Source: Propionibacterium freudenreichii subsp. freudenreichii (GTDB taxonomy: Bacteria > Actinomycetota > Actinomycetes > Propionibacteriales > Propionibacteriaceae). From it: 32,000 nt of DNA. Numbering within the stretch: position 1 is the stretch's first letter; each line of letters begins with the position of its first letter. Below, piece by piece: positions 1 through 8,841 of this stretch. Both the position numbers and the translations under genes were made by a program. The stretch covers positions 150,001 through 182,000 of the forward strand of contig NZ_CP010341.1 of assembly GCF_000940845.1 (NCBI RefSeq), written 5' to 3'. Under the pieces are notes generated by a model. It was not told the DNA's origin and ran no database searches. It saw only the letters and a list, made by a program, of their open reading frames with translations.

Positions 1-1
1 G

Positions 2-733
2 GACACCACCGATGGCTCGGTGGCGATCCTGAGCCCGGGCAATGAGGTGCTCATCGCCCCCGCCATGGACACCCGCGTGCTCGACGTGGCCAACGGCGGC
101 ACCTCTTCAGCGGTGGCGAACCTGTCGGGGATGCTCACCCTGGCCCTGCAGAAATGGCCCGACGCCACCGGGAACCAGATCATGCAGTCGCTGGTGGCCA
201 ATACCCGCGACTCGGACGGCACCGCCACCCTCGACGAGGGCCACGAACGCGGCTTCGGGGTGGTTGACCTCACCAAGCTGCTTGCCGTTGACCCCACCGG
301 GTACCCCGACGTCAATCCGATCCTCGACCAGGAGGTCACCCGCGCCGCCGAGCACGGCGAGACCGCCGACATGTACGACGCGCAGTGCGCGGCCGATTCC
401 GCCCAGACCACCGAATACCAGTTCGGCGACGTCACCATGAAGGTGCCCTGCCAGGCCGGCCAGTTCAAGCAGGAACTGGTGCGCCAACAGGACGCCTGGG
501 CGGCGGTGCAACAGTGCCGTGCCGACGGCGGAGCCGACTGCATGAGGCTGTCGGCCACCAACACCGCGCCGGCGGTGAGCAAGCAGGCCGGCGCGGTGCA
601 GGCCCCCGCGGCGCCCGTCCGCACGTCCACCCATGCGGGTGTCTGGGTCGCGGCCGCCACCGGCGCACTAGCAGTCGTTGCGGTGGCCACCGGCGGTGTG
701 ATCCTGCATCGACGCCGACGCTCGTCCCACTGA
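2..733 (+). CDS. S8 (subtilisin-family) serine peptidase, C-terminal part, mycosin-like with a C-terminal membrane anchor; 5' end lies outside the window
   Basis: The frame is open from base 2, and the listed ORF start at 20 is an internal GTG. It contains the S8 catalytic-serine block GGTSSAVANLSGML preceded by SPGNEVLIAP. The protein ends with a hydrophobic helix, VWVAAATGALAVVAVATGGVIL, followed by the basic tail HRRRRSSH. Confidence 0.7.
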   Translation, partial: DTTDGSVAILSPGNEVLIAPAMDTRVLDVANGGTSSAVANLSGMLTLALQKWPDATGNQIMQSLVANTRDSDGTATLDEGHERGFGVVDLTKLLAVDPTGYPDVNPILDQEVTRAAEHGETADMYDAQCAADSAQTTEYQFGDVTMKVPCQAGQFKQELVRQQDAWAAVQQCRADGGADCMRLSATNTAPAVSKQAGAVQAPAAPVRTSTHAGVWVAAATGALAVVAVATGGVILHRRRRSSH

Positions 734-878
734 GGCGGGGGAGGGTCGCCTGTCTGATTCCCGAGCGGTGCAGTGCTGGTGGGGACCCACCCCCCGGAAG
801 AAGATGCTGAGAAAGGCCCGCACCCTCTGCGGCCGAACCGGAACCGGCCTAGCGTGAAGGCGTTGCTTCATTGCGGCG

Positions 879-1781
879 ATGGCGCCGCAAGGGTCCGAAA
901 GGGGCAGGGTCATGGTCCTGTTGGCAATAGTGAATCTGGCAGCGGCGGTGCTTCTCATCGCGATGGGCGTCCTGGGTCAGCGGCACGCCCTGCCGCGCAA
1001 TGGCTGGGCGGGCATCCGCACCGCCACCACGATGACCAATGACGACACCTGGGACGCGGCTCATGTGGCGGCGGCCCCGGCGTTCGTGATCGGCGGCCTG
1101 GTGCAGTTGCTGCTGGCCGCCACCGCACTGGTGCTCGCCGGCAACGACGACCTGAACGGCGCCGGCGTCGCCATCGTGTTCACGGTCGTCTGGCTGGTGA
1201 CGCTCACCGCAGCGGTCGCGATGGCCGCCGTCGTCGGCGTCCGGGCGTCGAAGGCGGTGCTCGTGCGCCAGCAGCAGCAACTGGTGGCAGTCGGCGCGCA
1301 CGGCCATTCCGCCAGCGCCTCCGACGAGGTGCTGGGCGCCGAACCGCCCGGTGAGTGGATCAGCCGCGATCCCGCCCGCACGGTGGCGGCGATCGTGATG
1401 GCGCTGGTGCCGGCCGCGCTGATGATGGTGTTGCGGTCGTCGGTGTTCGCCGACCTGCCCGCCAAGGTGCCGCAGCACTGGGGGCTCAGCGGCCCACCGG
1501 ACGCCTGGGTGTCGAGCAATACCGCGTTCTGGTTGGGGTTCGTCGCCGCCTGCGTGCTGGGGGTCGCGGCCATTTCCGTGCTGCTCGTCGCACGCACCGC
1601 GCGGGCCCGCCGCGGCTACTACTCGTTGTTCACGATCATGGCGTTCATCGCCAGTGGCGGATGGCTCGCCTCGGCCCTGTACGGCATCGGCATCGCGATC
1701 GGCGGCTGGCAGAGCGGCCTGATCATCGCGGCTGCGGCCGTGCTCGGGCTCGTCGCCCGCTACATCGTGCCTGACGCCTGA
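879..1781 (+). CDS. Polytopic membrane protein with SdpI/YhfL-like and DUF1648-like segments
   Basis: The 300-aa ORF has several hydrophobic helices. The motif RNGWAGIRTATTMTNDDTW resembles the SdpI/YhfL signature, and LPAKVPQHWGLSGPPDAWVSS resembles DUF1648. The start is uncertain: ATG at 879, or ATG at 912 (MVLLAIV). Confidence 0.6.
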   Translation: MAPQGSERGRVMVLLAIVNLAAAVLLIAMGVLGQRHALPRNGWAGIRTATTMTNDDTWDAAHVAAAPAFVIGGLVQLLLAATALVLAGNDDLNGAGVAIVFTVVWLVTLTAAVAMAAVVGVRASKAVLVRQQQQLVAVGAHGHSASASDEVLGAEPPGEWISRDPARTVAAIVMALVPAALMMVLRSSVFADLPAKVPQHWGLSGPPDAWVSSNTAFWLGFVAACVLGVAAISVLLVARTARARRGYYSLFTIMAFIASGGWLASALYGIGIAIGGWQSGLIIAAAAVLGLVARYIVPDA

Positions 1782-1826
1782 TCCCACCGGGCACCTGATC
1801 GTCCCGGTCAACGATGCACACGAGTT

Positions 1827-1868
1827 GGGGGCGGGTGAAGCACCGTCAACGATGCTTCACCCGCCCCC
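1827..1868. terminator. Perfect 16-bp-stem hairpin between convergent genes; candidate bidirectional intrinsic terminator
   Basis: GGGGGCGGGTGAAGCA (1827-1842) and TGCTTCACCCGCCCCC (1853-1868) are exact reverse complements separated by a 10-nt loop. The hairpin lies between the stop at 1781 (+) and the stop at 1892 (-). There is no U-tract. Confidence 0.6.
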
Positions 1869-1891
1869 ATCCTCACGTGGCTTCGCGCGCC

Positions 1892-2695
1892 TCAGTCGTC
1901 CTCCTCGGACCACTCGGCGTCGCGCACATCGGACTCCGGCTGCGGTGCCGGCTGTTCCTCGTCGACAACCTGCTCGGGGCCGGGCAGTTCGGGCAGGCGG
2001 CGCGGGGCGAACACATCGCGGGCATAGCTCGCCACGGTCCAGGTGAACCAGCCATCGGTCGCCATGCCGACGCCGCCGCCCACCAGGGGGATCCGCTTGC
2101 TCATCATGGCCAGGGTCTGCTTGCCGCCCGAACGGCCCACCAGGGTGGCCAGCACCTGCTCGGCAATGCGTTGTTCCAGCGCCGAATCCAGCACGGGGGC
2201 CGTGGCGACGCCCAGCGGGGTGCTCGGCAGCTTGCCGGCAGCCACCAGGTCGTCCACGTCATGGCGTCCCAGCAGGGTCATCCAGATCGCCTCGCGCACC
2301 CGCAGGTCCGACAGGTCGTAGCCGCGCAGGTGGGCGATGGTGGCCACCATGCGCGTCTGCACCACGGCCACGGCGGCCAGGTTCGCGGGGATGGCGGCAA
2401 TCGCGGTGACCACGCCACCAAGGTTGGTGACGAAGCCCTGCGCGCCGGCCATCGCGACGTGATTGCGCACCAGCGCGTCGAGGGCCGCCTCGACATCTCC
2501 GGTCTTGTGCTCCAGGGCATGCCCGGCGGCCATGCGCGCCCCCGGCAACGGACCCACGCCGTCGATGGCATAGTCCGCCAACCGGCGCAGCAGGTTCGCT
2601 GATGGTCCGGGGGCAATGGTGGGGGCCATGGCAACGACCGTGGCGCCGATTGCACCGACGGTCGAACCCGTGTTTGACCTCTTACGAGTGGGCAT
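1892..2695 (-). CDS. EcsC family protein
   Basis: The conserved EcsC-type core is present (GAQGFVTNLGGVVTAIAAIPANLAAVAVVQTRMVATIAHLRGYDLSDLRVREA), followed by an acidic C-terminal tail. I chose the ATG at 2695 (MPTRKRS) because GGAGG lies 6-10 nt upstream. The listed ORF extends to 3229 as an R/P/G-rich, non-protein-like stretch. Confidence 0.75.
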   Translation of the reverse strand: MPTRKRSNTGSTVGAIGATVVAMAPTIAPGPSANLLRRLADYAIDGVGPLPGARMAAGHALEHKTGDVEAALDALVRNHVAMAGAQGFVTNLGGVVTAIAAIPANLAAVAVVQTRMVATIAHLRGYDLSDLRVREAIWMTLLGRHDVDDLVAAGKLPSTPLGVATAPVLDSALEQRIAEQVLATLVGRSGGKQTLAMMSKRIPLVGGGVGMATDGWFTWTVASYARDVFAPRRLPELPGPEQVVDEEQPAPQPESDVRDAEWSEEDD

Positions 2696-3213
2696 GGATA
2701 CCTCCTGTCCAGCTCCCTCCAACGTAGTCGCACCGCCAATCCTCGGCAGCAGTAGGCGCCACCCAGATCGCCCTGATCGAGCGCGGACCGGCCGATCCCC
2801 GGCGCAGGTGGCGGCCATGCCGCATGTCCATCCGCCACACATCCCGCCCGTCGAGCGTCTCCTTCCGTCCGGCATCCCTGCCGGCGCCGATCCGGCCACC
2901 TGCACAGATCCGGGCGATCGGCGGGCAGGCGCGCCTGCTGGCGTCGCCCGTGGGAGTGGGTGGCCCGGCGCTACTGTTGGCGCACGGATATGGGGCATGC
3001 ACACATGCAGGTCCCATCCCATCGACGATTCATGGTCACCGACGTCCCAGCCGGTGGGCACCTGCTGCACCGGTTCAGGCCCCAGTGGTCTCGGGCCCCA
3101 GTGATGGAGCCGGGCCGGGCGGGGCCGACAGGGCTGGCCGCGGACAAGATCAGACCGACAAGGCACGACCACACAGGCAAGACCAGGCGAATGAAAAGGG
3201 TGAGGAGGACGAG

Positions 3214-4518
3214 ATGGGCGAGACGGCAAGGCTCGAAATCGACGGCGAGGTCTATGAGCTCCCGGTGGTGCAGGGTACTACGGGTGAGAAGGCCATCGAC
3301 ATCAGCAAGCTGCGCAACACCACCGGCCTGATCACCCTCGACGAGGGTTACGCCAACACCGGCTCATGCCGTTCGGCGATCACCCACATCGACGGTGAGA
3401 AGGGCGAGCTCAGCTATCGCGGCATCCCCATCGAGACGCTCGCCGAGCACTCCACCTTCATCGAGACCGCCTGGCTGGTGATCTTCGGACGCCTGCCCAC
3501 CGAGTTGGAGCGCGAGCACTTCAGCGAGCTGCTCAGCCAGAACGCGGCGCTGCACACCCAGATGCGCGCCCACTTCGCGGCCTTCCCCGAGCAGGCCCAC
3601 CCGATGGCGATCCTGTCGGCCATGATCAATGCGATCTCCACCCACGACCGTCCCAAGATCGCCCCCGACGACGACGCGACCCTCGAGCGCTACGCGGCCA
3701 ACCTGATGAGCAAGGTGCGCACGATTGCCGCCGGCTCGTACAAGACCTCGATCGGCGAGCCGCTGATCTACCCGCGCCGCGACCTGCTCTACACGCAGAA
3801 CTTCCTGCACATGATGTTCTCGCTGCCCTACCAGGAATATGAGGCGAGCCCGCAGGCCGTCCACGCGCTCAACCTGTTCTGGCTGCTGCATGCCGACCAT
3901 GAGCAGAACTGCTCCACGTCCACCGTGCGCATGGTCGCCTCCGGTGAGGCGAACCTGTACGCCTCGTGCTCGGCCGGCGTGGTGGCGCTGTGGGGTGGAC
4001 GCCATGGTGGCGCCAATGTGGCCACGGTGCAGATGCTGCAGCGCATCCGCAATGAGGGGCTGAGCCCCAAGCAGTTCCTGGCGCAGGTGAAGGACAAGGA
4101 GTCCAACATCCGCCTGTCGGGCTTCGGGCACCGCATCTACAAGAGCTACGACCCGCGCGCCCGGCTGCTCGAGAAGGCCGCCACCGAGCTGCTGGACGCC
4201 ACCGACAGCAAGGACCCGTTGCTGCCGCTGGCCCAGGAGCTGGCCGCCGAGGCGCTCAGCGACGACTACTTCGCCGAGCGTTCGCTGTACCCCAACGTCG
4301 ACTTCTACTCCGGGGTGATCCTGCGCGCAGTGGGCATCCCGCTCAATATGTTCACCGTGATGTTCGCGATCGGACGCATGCCCGGCTGGATCGCCAACTG
4401 GCGTGAGATCAACAACGACCCCAACGGACGCATCTACCGTCCGCGTCAGGTGTACACGGGCCCGCCCTATGTGCAGTGGCGCGAGTACGCCGACCGCATC
4501 TCCCAGCCCGGCGAGTAA
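3214..4518 (+). CDS. gltA: Citrate synthase (type II)
   Basis: The 434-aa protein starts MGETARLEIDGEVYELPVVQGTTGEKAIDISKLR and carries citrate-synthase hallmarks LLHADHEQNCSTSTVR and GFGHRIYKSYDPRA. GAGGAGGA lies just upstream of the ATG at 3214. The listed ORF start at 2824 is an artefactual extension. Confidence 0.95.
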   Translation: MGETARLEIDGEVYELPVVQGTTGEKAIDISKLRNTTGLITLDEGYANTGSCRSAITHIDGEKGELSYRGIPIETLAEHSTFIETAWLVIFGRLPTELEREHFSELLSQNAALHTQMRAHFAAFPEQAHPMAILSAMINAISTHDRPKIAPDDDATLERYAANLMSKVRTIAAGSYKTSIGEPLIYPRRDLLYTQNFLHMMFSLPYQEYEASPQAVHALNLFWLLHADHEQNCSTSTVRMVASGEANLYASCSAGVVALWGGRHGGANVATVQMLQRIRNEGLSPKQFLAQVKDKESNIRLSGFGHRIYKSYDPRARLLEKAATELLDATDSKDPLLPLAQELAAEALSDDYFAERSLYPNVDFYSGVILRAVGIPLNMFTVMFAIGRMPGWIANWREINNDPNGRIYRPRQVYTGPPYVQWREYADRISQPGE

Positions 4519-5339
<821 letters not shown>

Positions 5340-5403
5340 TCCTCACCCCCGCACGTTCGTAAGTCCCCCCGAATCAACCACTGAACGTCCATAGCGTCCG
5401 GTA

Positions 5404-5432
5404 GGGCCTCGCAGTCTCTGGCTGCGGGGCCC
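5404..5432 (+). terminator. Candidate intrinsic terminator hairpin downstream of rpf
   Basis: GGGCCTCGCAG (5404-5414) pairs with CTGCGGGGCCC (5422-5432) in an 11-bp stem with one G-T wobble and a 7-nt loop. It lies 65 nt after the rpf stop. There is no clear U-tract. Confidence 0.4.
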
Positions 5433-5649
5433 TCACCATGTCCGGGGTCCCGCAGCCCCTTGTCGCGGGCGGCGCGGGCCCTGCCACCGTTCGCGGGGTG
5501 CGTGGCCCCGGGACCGATGGACGTCAGCCTGCCGGTGGCGGTGGGCGGCTTGATAGCCTGCTCGCGTTGGTCGAATGGCCCCTGAACGTGCGATCAGGGG
5601 TGGCCACCGATGATGTTGCGGGAGATCACCCCCAAGAAGGACGTGCACC

Positions 5650-7707
5650 ATGACGCAGGACAACAGCGGATCTGCCGAGAAGCCCTTCCGGCTCGGCACG
5701 AACTACCAGGTGGAGACCCCACTGGGCCACGGCGTGATCGGCACCACCTGGCGGGGCACCGGCGTGGGTGGCGCAGAGCTCGCCTTCACCGTGCTCAACA
5801 AGCGATTCGCCTCGAACCCGCAGGTGGTGCGCCATCTGCTGGCACAGCGTCCCGTGCTCGCCACCGTGCGCGGCGATCACGTGGTGCCGGTGGTCGACAT
5901 GGTTGCCGACGCCGATGTGGTGGCGGTGGTCTCGCCCTATATCAAGGGCACCGACCTGCGCTCCCGCCTCGACGACGAGGGCACGCTGCCGCCCGCCGAG
6001 GCCTGCCGCATCATCTCCGAGACGGCCCAGGGCCTGGCGACGCTGCACGCCACCGGCCTGACCCATCGCGATGTGAAGCCCAGCAACATCCTGCTCGACG
6101 ACACCCAGCAGCCCGCCTCGGCCAAGGTCACCGACTATGCCGTCGGCGGCATCGTCGAGGAATGGGCCGGCGGCGGCCACTCGGCCGTGCTGGCCAGCAC
6201 CCCGGCCTATCTGTCGCCCGAGGTGATCGCCGGCGATCCGGTGACCGTCCAGTCCGACATGTATGCCCTGGGCGTGGTGCTCTACGAGTCGCTGTGCGGC
6301 GTGACCCCCTTCGCGCCGCTGCAGCCCGAGGGCACGATGCAGGCCATCCTCACGCTCGACCCCGGCCGTCCACGCGGCGTGGACGACGCCCTGTGGGAAG
6401 TGCTGTCGATGCTGCTCAACCGCGATCCGCGCCAGCGTGGCAGCGCGGACGCCCTGTCGTGGCGACTGTCGGAGCTGCAAAATGCCCTCGCGGACGCCCC
6501 GAAGCTGCCGAGGTTGGACGTCTCCCCGCCGCCGAGTCCCCTGCCGCAGGTAATGGCCTTCCCGGGCGCGGCGCCCACCACGGCCCCCCACGTTGTGGGT
6601 CAGGAACCCGATGTGAACCAGGCTGGCGCAGACCAGTTGGCCGCACGGGATGGGGCCACCCGCGGGTCGGCCGCCGGTGTTTTGTCAGCCGGTGCGGTGA
6701 TCGGTGCGGCGGCCGCAACAGTGGTGCCGGCGCAGCAGGCCGCCGCGCAGCCTGCTCAGGCCACATCAGGTCCGTCTGACGGGGCTCAGGTTGCTGGCGG
6801 CCAAGCGGTCCCGGGGCAGGCCGGTCTCGCCGAAGGCCAGTCCGGCCCCGCCCAGAACCAGAGTGGCCAGGGTCAACCCGTCCAGGGTCAGCCGGGTCAG
6901 CAGACCAGCCCCCAGTCAGGTGTCTCGGGACAGGCCCCCGTGCAGCCCGCATCCGACCAGCCGGCCCCGCGTCAGGGTGCCGCGTCCCAGCCCGGCGGGG
7001 CCTCCCAACCCGGCGGGGCCCCACAGGATTCACCGGCCCAGCAGCCAGCAGCGGCGCTTGCCGCGCAGCAGGCCCCTACCCAGGAGCTGCCCGCGCAGCC
7101 TGCGGCCCAGGTGAGTGGATCGCAGACCCCGCCGCCCGTGCCGCCGGCGCCGCAGCGCGCCCATCCCGAGCCCGAACCCCAGCGCGGTCGGCCCCTGCGT
7201 CGTCGTCCCAAGTTCATTGTCGGCCTGGTTCTCGTGATCGTCCTCGGACTGGCTGCTGCCGCAGCCATCGCGGTGGCCGTGACGCGGCTGAGCTCGTCGT
7301 CAAGCTCGTCGTCGGCGTCGCAGTCGAGCGTGACGCCCACGCCCAGTGAGACGCCCACCCCGACCCCCACTCCGACTCCCACGCCGACTCCTGAGGTCTG
7401 GCCGCCCGACGCCAATGCGGTGATCTGCACCTCCGGCGGCACGATGGCCGTCAAGCGCGGCACCACCTATTGCACCTTCGGCACCACCGTGCAGCAGGCA
7501 TTGGCTGCCGGCACCCTCACGGCGCCCAGCGCGGCACCGGGTGCGGCTGGCACTCCGGCCACGGGCACCACGCCCGCTGCGGGTGGGCCCACGGTGTCGT
7601 TGCGCAATACACAGACCGGCACCTCGGTGGCGGTCAGCTGCACCTCCGGTGCCACCATCACGACCTGCTCGGGCAACGACGGATCAGTGGTGTGGGTGCG
7701 CAGGTAG
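5650..7707 (+). CDS. Membrane Ser/Thr protein kinase-like protein (atypical catalytic core), with a Q/P/G-rich linker, one TM helix and a small Cys-containing extracellular domain
   Basis: The Gly-loop is LGHGVIGTTW, the catalytic loop is THRDVKPSNILL, DYA replaces DFG (KVTDYAVGG), and the activation segment ends TPAYLSPE. A low-complexity Q/P/G region is followed by the TM helix FIVGLVLVIVLGLAAAAAIAVAV, poly-Ser, (TP)n, and a 4-Cys C-terminal domain with two CTSG(G/A)T motifs. Confidence 0.85.
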   Translation: MTQDNSGSAEKPFRLGTNYQVETPLGHGVIGTTWRGTGVGGAELAFTVLNKRFASNPQVVRHLLAQRPVLATVRGDHVVPVVDMVADADVVAVVSPYIKGTDLRSRLDDEGTLPPAEACRIISETAQGLATLHATGLTHRDVKPSNILLDDTQQPASAKVTDYAVGGIVEEWAGGGHSAVLASTPAYLSPEVIAGDPVTVQSDMYALGVVLYESLCGVTPFAPLQPEGTMQAILTLDPGRPRGVDDALWEVLSMLLNRDPRQRGSADALSWRLSELQNALADAPKLPRLDVSPPPSPLPQVMAFPGAAPTTAPHVVGQEPDVNQAGADQLAARDGATRGSAAGVLSAGAVIGAAAATVVPAQQAAAQPAQATSGPSDGAQVAGGQAVPGQAGLAEGQSGPAQNQSGQGQPVQGQPGQQTSPQSGVSGQAPVQPASDQPAPRQGAASQPGGASQPGGAPQDSPAQQPAAALAAQQAPTQELPAQPAAQVSGSQTPPPVPPAPQRAHPEPEPQRGRPLRRRPKFIVGLVLVIVLGLAAAAAIAVAVTRLSSSSSSSSASQSSVTPTPSETPTPTPTPTPTPTPEVWPPDANAVICTSGGTMAVKRGTTYCTFGTTVQQALAAGTLTAPSAAPGAAGTPATGTTPAAGGPTVSLRNTQTGTSVAVSCTSGATITTCSGNDGSVVWVRR

Positions 7708-7920
7708 CCCGGCGGTGTATCTTGCCCAGCTAGGTGTTGGTCCCCGTCACGCGGCCGAATGTCGTGTCATGGGGGCCTTTCGCCTATGATGGACATGCTT
7801 GAACGCACAATCATCAAGCAGGGTCTTACGCGCCAGCCAGTGGTTGGCGCCCCATAAGCAGCGCCGTGGTCGCGAGACAACGTCGTGAGAGCGGGTCGTT
7901 TGTCCAACTAGTCGGGGGGA

Positions 7921-8096
7921 CTGTTGGACGGGCGGCCCGTTCGGTCCGTCATGGGTCCCTGGGGCGGGTCTGCCGTGCGGTCTGTCAGAGGCGTTGGGGC
8001 GGGTTCCCCGTCCCGTGTGTCAGAGGCTTGGGGCGGGTTCCCCGTCCCGTCTGTCAGAGGCCCTGAGGACGGGTCTCCCGTCCGGTTTGTCAGAAC
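7921..8096 (+). repeat. Tandem array of about 5 copies of a 34-37-nt unit, each containing a GC hairpin and ending in TGTCAGAGG-like sequence
   Basis: Units are 7992-8026 (CGTTGGGGCGGGTTCCCCGTCCCGTGTGTCAGAGG) and 8027-8060, which is identical apart from 1 indel and 1 substitution. More diverged copies lie at about 7921-7954, 7955-7991 and 8061-8096, with a possible partial copy from 7887. Each unit has the stem GGGGCGGG/CCCGTCCC, or GGACGG/CCGTCC in the diverged copies. Confidence 0.8.
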
Positions 8097-8115
8097 CCAG
8101 TGCCACACTGGAAGC

Positions 8116-8841
8116 ATGCTTGCCCATGTCTTCGGTCCCGAGGCCAGCTGGCCCAGCCAGGACCTCGTGGGCTTCACCGAGCAGATTGACGCCGGCCTCA
8201 CGATGGCCGCCTATGCCTCGGGCCTGTTCCCGATGCCCCTGCACGAGTCCGACTTCCACGGCATGGGCTGGTGGTCGCCGATGCAGCGCGGCATCATCCC
8301 GTTGCCGTCCCTGCGCGTCAGCCATTCGCTGCGGCAGGCCCTGCGCCGCTATCGCACCACCATCGACACCTCCTTCGACGAGGTGTTGGCCGGCTGTGCC
8401 GACCCCACGCGTCCCGGCAGTTGGATCGACGACGACGTGAAGGCCATCTACACCGGGCTGTTCGAGCGCGGCGTGGTGCACTCCGTGGAGACCTGGGACG
8501 ACGACAACCGCCTGGTCGGCGGCCTGTACGGGGTGGGCCTGCGCGGATTGTTCGCCGGCGAATCCATGTTCCACGACCGCGAGCACGGCCGCGATGCGTC
8601 CAAGGTGGCCCTTGTGCGGCTGGTGGACACGCTGTCGGCGCGTCCCGACGGCAAGGCCCTGCTCGACACCCAGTGGTTGACGCCCCACCTGGCGAGCCTG
8701 GGTGGAGTGGAGATCCCGCGGCACCGCTATTTGGAACTACTCGACGACGCGCTGGATGCCCCCGAGACAGCCTGGCCGGCGCCGGGCGTGTTCACGCGTG
8801 GCCGGGCCCTGCCCCCGGCGCAAGGAGGTTCCCATGCCTGA
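8116..8841 (+). CDS. aat: Leucyl/phenylalanyl-tRNA--protein transferase
   Basis: The protein aligns by eye to E. coli Aat blocks: AYASGLFPMP, WWSP, GSWIDDDVKAIYTGLFERGVVHSVETWDDDNRLVGGLYGVGLRGLFAGESMFH, and ASKVALVRLV...LLDTQWLTPHLASLGGVEIPRHRYLELL. The start is set at the ATG at 8116 (MLAHVF). The listed ORF start at 7924 runs through the repeat array. Confidence 0.85.
   Translation: MLAHVFGPEASWPSQDLVGFTEQIDAGLTMAAYASGLFPMPLHESDFHGMGWWSPMQRGIIPLPSLRVSHSLRQALRRYRTTIDTSFDEVLAGCADPTRPGSWIDDDVKAIYTGLFERGVVHSVETWDDDNRLVGGLYGVGLRGLFAGESMFHDREHGRDASKVALVRLVDTLSARPDGKALLDTQWLTPHLASLGGVEIPRHRYLELLDDALDAPETAWPAPGVFTRGRALPPAQGGSHA

Noticed and set aside
2-733. Inference that the mycosin-like protease marks a type VII (ESX) secretion locus.
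   Set aside because: Only the protease C-terminus is visible and no EccB/C/D, EsxA/B or other T7SS genes are in the window. The membrane-anchored S8 architecture alone is insufficient.
2824-3213. N-terminal extensions of listed ORFs: 2824 for gltA, 7924 for aat, 9725 for the FGGY kinase, 22435 for pabB, 26480 for pheA, 20598 for the ABC ATPase and 3229 for EcsC.
   Set aside because: The extensions are low-complexity R/P/G-rich, run through repeat arrays or neighbouring genes, and lack ribosome-binding sites. Internal starts coincide with conserved family N-termini, Shine-Dalgarno sequences or start/stop overlaps.
5340-5403. Two C-runs (CACCCCCGC and GTCCCCCCGA) just after rpf, reminiscent of the C-rich loops of actinobacterial 6C RNA.
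   Set aside because: I could not build two convincing stems presenting the C-runs in loops; only ACGTTC/GAACGT with a 24-nt loop is available. This is more simply the rpf 3' UTR preceding the 5404-5432 hairpin. An Rfam RF01066 scan would settle it.
7887-8096. A possible CRISPR array formed by the 35-nt repeats, and likewise the 16-nt repeats at 9709-9868.
   Set aside because: The repeat units are directly adjacent with no unique spacers, the units are diverged rather than identical, and there are no cas genes in the window.
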